From contig OY760505.1 in NCBI GenBank assembly GCA_963663545.1, positions 576,001 through 640,000 of the forward strand: 64,000 bases of DNA, read 5' to 3'. Of the stretch, positions 52,121 through 59,952 are shown piece after piece. The position numbers and the translations under genes are program-made. Below the pieces are notes generated by a model, which was not told where the DNA came from, did not search any database, and saw nothing but the letters and a program-made list of their open reading frames with translations. The stretch comes from Candidatus Delongbacteria bacterium (GTDB lineage: Bacteria; CAIWAD01). The stretch's first letter is position 1, and each line of letters begins with the position of its first letter.

Positions 52121-52723
52121 ATGAAGACCTACTCTCGACAAGGGGTGGCGCGGCTTGTGCTCCTGCTTCCCTTTCTATTGATGTATTCCCCAAGCGCCAG
52201 CGCGGCCGAATCCATGACGCTTATACCCCATGACCAGGCAACAATGGCGCAGGAGCTGAGCGCGACCCACGCCCAGCTGGAGCTGCCTGCGGAGGCAGAC
52301 TTTCTACCCACGACTCTGCTTACGCTGGGCAGCGATGGGGCGCTGACGCTGGCGGAGTTGCAGGGGCGAGTTGTTCTGATCGATTTCTGGGCCAGCTGGT
52401 GTGATCCCTGCAAGCAATCGTTTCCCTGGATGAAGGCGCTGCAGGCGCGCCATGCCGAACAAGGCCTGGTGATTCTGGCCATCAACCTGGACCGGCAGAG
52501 CAAGAAAGCGCGCAGTTTTCTACAGGAGCAGCAGGTAAACTTCCCCGTACTGTTCGATTCGCAAGGCATCAACGCTGCGCGCAACGAACTGAAAGCCATG
52601 CCCACCAGCCTTCTACTGGATCGCCAGGGTCGGCTGAGGCTGGTACATCAGGGTTTCCGCACGGAAGACACGGCTCAATACGAAGCCTGTATCACGCAGC
52701 TGCTGCAGGAGGAAAGCGAATGA
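52121..52723 (+). CDS. TlpA-family thioredoxin-like protein
   Basis: Signal peptide; DFWASWCDPCKQSFP; AMPTSLLLDRQG. Confidence 0.92.
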   Translation: MKTYSRQGVARLVLLLPFLLMYSPSASAAESMTLIPHDQATMAQELSATHAQLELPAEADFLPTTLLTLGSDGALTLAELQGRVVLIDFWASWCDPCKQSFPWMKALQARHAEQGLVILAINLDRQSKKARSFLQEQQVNFPVLFDSQGINAARNELKAMPTSLLLDRQGRLRLVHQGFRTEDTAQYEACITQLLQEESE

Positions 52724-52956
52724 AAGTGACACCTCTGCAGCGCGGCATGCTGCTTACGGGACTGTTTTGTCTCACACTGCTCGCGAGTGCCTGCGTGCAT
52801 CACGTGGAGCCCTGGCAGCGCGATCGCCTGGCCGAGAAGGAAATGCAGCCCGTGCCCGATGCCCTTGAGGCCGGACTGGACGAGCACGTCTACTTCTCCA
52901 AGGAAACAGCCCACGGTGGCGACGGTGTAGGCGGGGGAGGCTGCGGATGCAACTGA
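52720..52956 (+). CDS. DUF4266 family small lipoprotein
   Basis: Lipobox-like ASAC; VEPWQR.RLA..M; HVYFSKE; ends GGGGCGCN. Confidence 0.88.
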   Translation: MKVTPLQRGMLLTGLFCLTLLASACVHHVEPWQRDRLAEKEMQPVPDALEAGLDEHVYFSKETAHGGDGVGGGGCGCN

Positions 52957-54218
52957 CTCCCAACAACGGCGGCACGGCAGCGGGTCTGGTCGCTCTGGCA
53001 GCGCTTCAGCTATTGGGCGGAAGTCTGATCAAGGGCCAGGCGCAAGCCGCCGACACGTCCACCTGGACCGTAGAGCACGCTACGCTCGTGTATCGTGAAA
53101 CCGATCGTGTGAACATTGTGGAACCCGTGTTGCGTATCACGCGACCCTTGTCCGGTGAACAAAGCCTTTCCTTGAAAGTGGGCTACGACGCTATGAGCGG
53201 AGCGAGTCCCAACGGCATGCTGCCCACAAAGCAAACGCAGACCTTCACCAGTCCTTCGGGCCACAGCTACTCGGCAGCACCCGGTGAGCTTCCCGCGCGG
53301 ACCTTTCACGACGAGCGCTTCTCCGCTTCGCTGGACTGGGTTCGCCCCTGGTCACGGCTGCTGCGCGGTACTCTGGGTGCCAACGCCTCTTTCGAAACGG
53401 ACTACACCAGCCTGGGAGCCAGCTACAGCCTGGCCTGGGAACTCAATGATCGTCACACTACACTTAACCTGGGTTTGAGTCACAACCACGATACGGTGAG
53501 CCCGGAAGGCAATCTGCCCCGTCCGCTGAAATTCATGGATAGTCCCAGCAGCGAGACAAGCAGTGATACAAAGGACCTCAGCGATCTGCTCCTGGGTGTG
53601 ACACAGGTAATGAATGAGCGCTGGCTCTTGCAGGTGAATCTTGCCGTCGGGCGTGATACAGGCTACATGACCGAGCCCTACAAGGCTGTGACTCTATTGG
53701 ACAGCGAAAGTCAGCCAATTGGCGGCTTGAATGAATCACGACCGGAAGATCGCCTGCGGCATACGCTGCTGGTAAGAAACGCCGTGCACCTGGGTCGTGA
53801 TGTGGTGCACCTGACGGCGCGCTACTACGGTGATGACTGGGGCACAAGCGCGCAGACTCTGGATTTGAAGTACTGGTGGAAGCCCGATGCGCTCTTCGGC
53901 AGCGAAGGCTGGATTCTGCGACCACATCTGCGTTTGTATCACCAGAATGCGTCCGACCATTACCATCCTTGGGTTGTGGAAGATCAGCTTCCACAGTTCG
54001 CCTCTGCCGATCCGCGTTTGGGCGATCTGGATTCCTACACCATTGGCCTTCGCATTGATCTGCCAGCGTTTTCCTGGGGACAGTGCTGGTTCAAGCCTGA
54101 ATACATGAAGCAGAGTTGGTCTCTGGATGAGACAATTCCCGAGGCTCTGCAGGGCCTGGATCTGGTTCCCGACCTGGAAGTCTGGATGCTGACCTTCGGT
54201 ATCAACACGCAGTTCTGA
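52947..54218 (+). CDS. DUF3570 family outer-membrane protein with flavinylation motif
   Basis: MQLT start overlapping the DUF4266 end; DAMSGAS; GYMTEPYK; ESRP; DDWG; SADPRLG; terminal F. Confidence 0.85.
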   Translation: MQLTPNNGGTAAGLVALAALQLLGGSLIKGQAQAADTSTWTVEHATLVYRETDRVNIVEPVLRITRPLSGEQSLSLKVGYDAMSGASPNGMLPTKQTQTFTSPSGHSYSAAPGELPARTFHDERFSASLDWVRPWSRLLRGTLGANASFETDYTSLGASYSLAWELNDRHTTLNLGLSHNHDTVSPEGNLPRPLKFMDSPSSETSSDTKDLSDLLLGVTQVMNERWLLQVNLAVGRDTGYMTEPYKAVTLLDSESQPIGGLNESRPEDRLRHTLLVRNAVHLGRDVVHLTARYYGDDWGTSAQTLDLKYWWKPDALFGSEGWILRPHLRLYHQNASDHYHPWVVEDQLPQFASADPRLGDLDSYTIGLRIDLPAFSWGQCWFKPEYMKQSWSLDETIPEALQGLDLVPDLEVWMLTFGINTQF

Positions 54219-55132
54219 TGAGTGCACCGATGAGCATACGTCGCCCCATCGACCTGGAGAAGCGTGGTGATACATTTTTCGCCCGCTTCCAGGCCTATGC
54301 GGGTCCTTGCGAGATACACCTTTGCGCTGTGTCTCACAATGAGGCTCGCACGCTGGCCGGACTGGCTGCCGAAGAGGCCTGGCGCATAGAACAGAAGTAC
54401 AGCCGCTATCGCGACGACAGCTGGCTGGCCGAACTCCATTCCGCGCGTGGAGAGTGGGTGGACGCTGACAGAGAAACCCTGACTCTGCTTGAATTCGCCG
54501 ACGCGGTGTATCACGCCAGCGCTGGTGCTTTTGACCTGACTTCCGGTGTGTTACGCCGCGTGTGGTCATTCTCCCCGGGATCACAGCCGCCCTCGCAGCA
54601 AACCGTCGATGAAGTCCGCGAGCTGATCGGCTGGCCCCGTGTAGAGCGTGATACGACGGGCGGACGCGTGCGCCTGCCTGCTGGCATGGAGCTGGACCTG
54701 GGCGGTATTGGCAAGGAGTATGCCGTCGACAGCACCGTGCGCCTGCTCTTGTCACACACGCAGCAGCCGCTGCTGGTCAACTACGGCGGCGATTTGCTGG
54801 CCACTTCTCCCCGACCCGATGGCACTCCCTGGCGCGTAGGCGTGGACAATCCCGGTGATACGGGCCAGGCGGCGGGTGCGCTCGAGCTGCAACAGGGAGC
54901 GCTGGCCACCAGCGGTGATGCGCGCCGCTTTCTGGAGCACGCAGGCAAACGCTACGGCCATATCCTGGATGCGCGCACGGGCTTTCCTCCATCCGATGCA
55001 CCGCGCAGTGTGACGGTGTTGGCGGATACGTGCAGCGAAGCGGGTGTGCTTTCCACTCTGGCCATTTTGCGGGGAGCTGGTGCAGAGGAGTTTCTGCGGG
55101 AGGCGGGGAAGCGCTTCTGGGTGATGAGGTAG
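54218..55132 (+). CDS. apbE: FAD:protein FMN transferase
   Basis: SRYRDDS, GAFDLT, LDLGGIGKEYAVD, NYGGD, ATSGD, HILDARTG. Confidence 0.93.
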   Translation: MSAPMSIRRPIDLEKRGDTFFARFQAYAGPCEIHLCAVSHNEARTLAGLAAEEAWRIEQKYSRYRDDSWLAELHSARGEWVDADRETLTLLEFADAVYHASAGAFDLTSGVLRRVWSFSPGSQPPSQQTVDEVRELIGWPRVERDTTGGRVRLPAGMELDLGGIGKEYAVDSTVRLLLSHTQQPLLVNYGGDLLATSPRPDGTPWRVGVDNPGDTGQAAGALELQQGALATSGDARRFLEHAGKRYGHILDARTGFPPSDAPRSVTVLADTCSEAGVLSTLAILRGAGAEEFLREAGKRFWVMR

Positions 55133-55156
55133 GGGCATCGACCGTTGCTGCTGCAA

Positions 55157-56305
55157 GCGTCTTCACCCGCCTTGCGGGCGAAGACGTATGCAGAAAGACA
55201 CGCCGCCGCAAGCGTCTTCACCCGCCTCGCGGGCGAAGACGTATGCAGAAAGACACGCCGCCGCAATGCGTCGGCTTTCGTCTTTCTGCTGAGCTGCCAG
55301 TTGTCCCAATGCCAAAGCCCCTTCGACGCTGGGGTACTGGCAAGCCTGGCGGAATTGCGAAGCAATTGCGCAATGTGATTCGCGAAGCGAATCACGCATC
55401 CACACCCAGCCCGAGCGTCTTCACCCGCCTTGCGTGTGAAGACGTATGCAGAAAGACACGCCGCCGCAAGCGTCTTCACCCGCCTTGCGGGCGAAGACGT
55501 ATGCAGAAAGACACGCCGCCGCAATGCGTCGGCTTTCGTCTTTCTGCTAGGCTTTCTGTCAACAGCAGATACTCGGCTTTCGCACTGTTCCTGCTCCCGT
55601 GTCTCACCAACAAGCCCAGCGGAATTGCGAAGCAATTGCGCAATGTGATTCGCGAAGCGAATCACGCATCCACACCCAACCCGAGCGTCTTCACCCGCCT
55701 TGCGGGCGAAGACGTATGCAGAAAGACACGCCGCCGCAATGCGTCGGCTTTCGTCTTTCTGCTAGGCTTTCTGTCAACAGCAGATACTCGGCTTTCGCAC
55801 TGTTCCTGCTCCCGTGTCTCACCAACAAGCCCAGCGGAATTGCGAAGCAATTGCGCAATGTGATTCGCGAAGCGAATCACGCATCCACACCCAGCCCGAG
55901 CGTCTTCACCCGCCTTGCGGGCGAAGACGTATGCAGAAAGACACGCCGCCGCAATGCGTCGGCTTTCGTCTTTCTGCTGAGCTGCCAGTTGTCCCAATGC
56001 CAAAGCCCCTTCGACGCTGGGGTACTGGCAAGCCTGGCGGAATTGCGAAGCAATTGCGCAATGTGATTCGCGAAGCGAATCACGCATCCACACCCAGCCC
56101 GAGCGTCTTCACCCGCCTTGCGGGCGAAGACGTATGCAGAAAGACACGCCGCCGCAATGCGTCGGCTTTCGTCTTTCTGCTGAGCTGCCAGTTGTCCCAA
56201 TGCCAAAGCCCCTTCGACGCTGGGGTACTGGCAAGCCTGGCGGAATTGCGAAGCAATTGCGCAATGTGATTCGCGAAGCGAATCACGCATCCACACCCAG
56301 CCCGA
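55157..56305. repeat. Five-unit structured tandem array; each unit ends in a 17-nt CRISPR half-repeat
   Basis: Unit starts 55157, 55415, 55685, 55900, 56103 (258, 270, 215, 203, 203 bp); 145-bp constant part plus 58-bp (A) or 70-bp (B) cassette in order A,B,B,A,A; units 1 and 2 carry an extra 55-bp internal duplication. Confidence 0.95.
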
Positions 56306-56966
56306 AGGCCGGGTGATACGTGACGCGATCTGAACTCATGCTCTGGCCTCCTCCATTTCAATCCACACCCAGCCCGAAGGCCGGGTGATACCGCTTGCTG
56401 CTCAACTCCCAGGGATTGTTGCAATCATTTCAATCCACACCCAGCCCGAAGGCCGGGTGATACTCTTCGAGGATCTTCCAGACGTCGAGGACAGTTCCGA
56501 TATTTCAATCCACACCCAGCCCGAAGGCCGGGTGATACGGCGGAGAGACTCAGGGGCAGTTGCAGATCTTCGAATTTCAATCCACACCCAGCCCGAAGGC
56601 CGGGTGATACGGCAGAGTCATCCGCGATGACATTACGCGAAGCAATTTCAATCCACACCCAGCCCGAAGGCCGGGTGATACTCTGCACAAGGGTGCACCT
56701 GTGACACCTGTTGTCGATTTCAATCCACACCCAGCCCGAAGGCCGGGTGATACGCGAATCTGCAAACAAATGGTTGACATTTAGATAATTTCAATCCACA
56801 CCCAGCCCGAAGGCCGGGTGATACCACTGTCGCGGAGATCGTTGAGCGGAAGTCCAAAATTTCAATCCACACCCAGCCCGAAGGCCGGGTGATACGACAG
56901 GCCATTGATTGGGAGCATCCTGAGACTGCATTTCAATCCACACCCAGCCCGAAGGCCGGGTGATAC
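56289..56966 (-). CRISPR. Type I-C CRISPR array, 10 repeats (trailer repeat truncated), 9 spacers of 34-38 nt
   Basis: Repeat GTATCACCCGGCCTTCGGGCTGGGTGTGGATTGAAAT (37 nt, minus strand); plus-strand starts 56289 (partial), 56355, 56427, 56502, 56574, 56645, 56717, 56788, 56859, 56930. Confidence 0.98.
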
Positions 56967-57145
56967 TCCTTGTCCGGCAAGGAGTTGATATTTCTGGTGT
57001 TCGCAAGCCTTCTGCGCGAGTGTCTCCATTCGTGTGACACATCTCTTCTCACGAACACCTGCATCACCTGCTTACTCCTTGTATTTTAGACAGTTGGCAC
57101 AAGCGCGAACCGCAGCTTTGCAGACACTACCGTTTCACCTTCGCG
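56967..57145 (-). promoter_or_regulatory. CRISPR leader with IHF consensus site
   Basis: Between cas2 and first repeat; minus-strand TATCAACTCCTTG (56978-56990) matches WATCAAnnnnTTR; AGCGCGAA/TTCGCGCT inverted pair (57102-57109, 57140-57147). Confidence 0.8.
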
Positions 57146-57436
57146 CTAGACAATGATGGGGCCCTTGAAATCCATCGCCCGGAAGGATCCGAACTCCTTG
57201 ATCCGGGTGTTCTGGCCGTCCGGCAAGACATACATGCGCAGACTGTCTTCCGTCAGCAGTATCTCTTTCAGCAGTTTTCGCTCTAGTTCCTCTGCCTGAG
57301 CCAGGTTGACCTGACATTCAAACACTGATTTCTGCACTCGCTGCCCATAGTCCAGACACGCCTTCGCCACCCTCCTCAAACGTCTTCGCCCAGCTCGTGT
57401 TGTTGTCGACACATCGTAGGTAATGAGCACTCTCAT
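57146..57436 (-). CDS. cas2: CRISPR-associated endonuclease Cas2
   Basis: [38 protein letters not shown]. Confidence 0.97.
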   Translation of the reverse strand: MRVLITYDVSTTTRAGRRRLRRVAKACLDYGQRVQKSVFECQVNLAQAEELERKLLKEILLTEDSLRMYVLPDGQNTRIKEFGSFRAMDFKGPIIV

Positions 57437-57439
57437 CGC

Positions 57440-58462
57440 TCACCTCTGCAGATAGGGCAAGTAGGGTTTTCCCTCACGCAACGCACGCGCAAGCAGACGC
57501 GCCTGAACATGCGGCAGCAACCCAAGAGGAAGCTGGCGTTTGAGCAATCGATGCTCCACCTGCTCCTGCTTCCGCGTTTGCCAGGCAGTGATTACAGCTC
57601 GTCTGCCATCGTCTGTCAGCAGGACGCTACCTCCATCTCTTTCCTGGAAGGCACTCGCCGCAATTTGTCTTCGGTTCACCAGGGCAAGGAACAGGCGATC
57701 CGCGATTGCGGGACGAAACTCCTCCATCAGGTCCAGCGCAAGGGCCATTCGACCGGGTCGCAGACAGTGCAGATAGCCCACCTGTGGATCAAGACCAACA
57801 GACTCAAGCGCAGAACGGCACTCACCAAGCAGCAGTGTATAGAGAAAAGAAAGCAGCGCGTTCACTCTATCTCGAGGTGGGCGTCGATTGCGTCCCTGCC
57901 AGCCAAAGACATCACGGAGTTCGGGTGATACAAGCAAGGAAAAGGACTGGAACCAGAGTCTTGCGCCCTCGCCTTCCAAGCCGCGTAGCTCATCCAGAGA
58001 AGTGCAGACACGCACTTTGCGCAGTAACTCTCGCAGTTCCTCCACGCGGCTTGTAAGCACACCCGTTTCGTCCTTTCCGTCGCGAACTCCACGTTGGAGC
58101 ATTTTGCGTGAATTGGACAGTTTACCAGCGACAAAGGATCTTGCGACGGAGAGGCACTTCGTCGCTGAGTTCAGTGTATCGTGTTGCGCTTTTCGAAGCA
58201 GGACATTGCCCTGAACCGGACCTTCGATCCGCGCCAGAAAACGCCCTGACCGATCCAGGTGGACAATACTGCGCCCGTCCTTGGCACATCGCCCGATCAG
58301 CGCGTGCGATAGAGTTGATTCACCCACGACTACGACTGCCTGCAGATGATGCAAAGGCACTCGCAGAATTTGACGCTGCTCCTGCGTAACACAGAGGTTC
58401 TCACGCTCCAGGTGGAGCCAGACCCCAGGCGTTGTCACGTACAAGGTGTTCAGCAGTTCCAT
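57440..58462 (-). CDS. cas1: Cas1, type I-C
   Basis: LLNTLYVTT, GNVLLRKAQ, LRGLEGEGA, RNRRPPRDRVNALLSFLY, GLDPQVGYLH, LALDLMEEFR. Confidence 0.97.
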   Translation of the reverse strand: MELLNTLYVTTPGVWLHLERENLCVTQEQRQILRVPLHHLQAVVVVGESTLSHALIGRCAKDGRSIVHLDRSGRFLARIEGPVQGNVLLRKAQHDTLNSATKCLSVARSFVAGKLSNSRKMLQRGVRDGKDETGVLTSRVEELRELLRKVRVCTSLDELRGLEGEGARLWFQSFSLLVSPELRDVFGWQGRNRRPPRDRVNALLSFLYTLLLGECRSALESVGLDPQVGYLHCLRPGRMALALDLMEEFRPAIADRLFLALVNRRQIAASAFQERDGGSVLLTDDGRRAVITAWQTRKQEQVEHRLLKRQLPLGLLPHVQARLLARALREGKPYLPYLQR

Positions 58463-59082
58463 TTATCCTCCCCGCAGTACAACTCCTGCATGTAATCGCG
58501 AAGCTCAGCATCATGAACAGCGGATTCAGGACAGCAGGCATCGTAGAGGCTGCACTTCTGGCAGCGCTTGTCCGCTGCAGCCATCGGCAACTCTTGCTTC
58601 AGCAGCATCTCTCTGACAAGTCGTGTTACACGAATGACTTCACTCCTGAGGTGGATATCTACGGCAAGCTCGCGTCGCCTCCGGGAACTGTGGTGATACA
58701 CGACAGCAATAGGGATCTCAACACCGAGCATGTCCTCCAGGCACATCGCCTGCGCGGCCGCCTGGATGTCATCGCAACGACGACGTCCTTTTCTCCCGTG
58801 CTTGTATTCCACAGGCACGGGGGAAGCAGAAGTAGGGAACTCTACGACGTCGGCACGCCCTATCAGGCCAAGTCTCTCGCTGAACAGAGGCAGGGCGCGT
58901 TCAATGCGCACGCCCTCCTCCGTCCTGCTGATTGACTCATCCACGTGTTCATGTACAGCCCGTCCACGCAGGGTGTAGACGTTCTCGTCAAAGACTTGTT
59001 CAAGATGGATGAGTGCACATTGTCTTGGACAGTACACGTAGTGCTGCAATGCTGAGATTGGTATCAGCAGTTCTTCATTCAT
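58450..59082 (-). CDS. cas4: Cas4
   Basis: ISALQHYVYCPRQCALIH, GRADVVEF, PVEYKHG, QAMCLEDM, CQKCSLYDAC. Confidence 0.96.
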   Translation of the reverse strand: MNEELLIPISALQHYVYCPRQCALIHLEQVFDENVYTLRGRAVHEHVDESISRTEEGVRIERALPLFSERLGLIGRADVVEFPTSASPVPVEYKHGRKGRRRCDDIQAAAQAMCLEDMLGVEIPIAVVYHHSSRRRRELAVDIHLRSEVIRVTRLVREMLLKQELPMAAADKRCQKCSLYDACCPESAVHDAELRDYMQELYCGEDKWNC

Positions 59083-59085
59083 GTG

Positions 59086-59952
59086 TCACAACACGCGCTG
59101 CAAGCAGACCTGTCCCAGTCCCTCTTCATCCACCTGGATCGCGTAGTCCTCAAAGGCGCGCGCAGGCTTGGTTGCATCCTTGCGTGATACCTGAATGCGA
59201 TCAAAAAGCTTGTGTGCCGGGGCGTTTCCCAGCGCTGAATCATGTTCGAAGACAAACAGGGCGCGGCTTGCCATCTGACCTCGGGCAGCGGAGCGGTCAT
59301 GCTCAAACATGTTCGTCAGAGATTCCCATAAAAGATCGCGGTCGCCTTCGCTGAAGCCCGTCTGCTGTGCCAGATGGGCGGAGACAAAACCATGAGCGCG
59401 ATACAGGCCGTAGGGCACTGTGTACTTGCGGCCCATCTCATGCTCCTTTTTATCCGCATCTTCCTCCTTTGTAATGGCAACACGTGTGATACAGTGTTCC
59501 AGAGCGACGATTGGATCAACGCTCCTTGCAAATGCGAGCTGAACAGGTCCACGCACATTTCCAACTGGCATATCGCCAGTAGACATCACGGCGCCGAAGG
59601 AGCGAATATCATAGAAGTTCTTGCACAAGAACTCCAACGCTGTCTTTGCTGCAGCTTGTTTGTCCGTTCGAGCCTTGGGTAGCTTTTCAACGCCAGTGCT
59701 CTTGTAAGCCTTTTCATGAACCACATTGAGGATCGCTCCTTCCCTCACGTAAACATCATAAGGGGGCTGTTCACCGTGCTTCAAGGCCACGTAGTTGCGC
59801 ACCTTGCGCTTCAGGCAGACATCGGTCACCAGGCCATGTCCCGTTTCCGGGTCGGCGCGGGGCAAGTTTCCCGCATCGGGATCACCATTGGGGTTTCCAT
59901 CCTGCACATCAAACAGCAGTACAAACTCGTATCGGTGATTCAGGGCGCTCAT
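59086..59952 (-). CDS. cas7: Cas7/Csd2, type I-C
   Basis: NGDPDAGNLPR, TDVCLKRKVRNYV, FYDIRSFGAV, RGPVQ, MGRK, FEHDRSAARG. Confidence 0.97.
   Translation of the reverse strand: MSALNHRYEFVLLFDVQDGNPNGDPDAGNLPRADPETGHGLVTDVCLKRKVRNYVALKHGEQPPYDVYVREGAILNVVHEKAYKSTGVEKLPKARTDKQAAAKTALEFLCKNFYDIRSFGAVMSTGDMPVGNVRGPVQLAFARSVDPIVALEHCITRVAITKEEDADKKEHEMGRKYTVPYGLYRAHGFVSAHLAQQTGFSEGDRDLLWESLTNMFEHDRSAARGQMASRALFVFEHDSALGNAPAHKLFDRIQVSRKDATKPARAFEDYAIQVDEEGLGQVCLQRVL

Noticed and set aside
54952..56296. ORFs running through the tandem array
   Set aside because: Unit lengths 203 and 215 are not multiples of 3, frames shift between units and no RBS is evident; conservation is of hairpins, not codons.
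55157..56305. 17-nt half-repeat as a simple target-site duplication
   Set aside because: A TSD predicts ATTTCA plus the 17-mer at the left boundary; 55133-55156 has neither.
56611..56644. Spacer ending CGCGAAGCA resembling the array's twin-hairpin module
   Set aside because: Only about 8-9 nt shared, compatible with chance.
56754..56787. TTGACA inside a spacer as an internal promoter
   Set aside because: No -10 element at suitable spacing in the following repeat.
56320..56929. Self-targeting spacers
   Set aside because: No match within the window found by eye; the rest of the genome cannot be checked.
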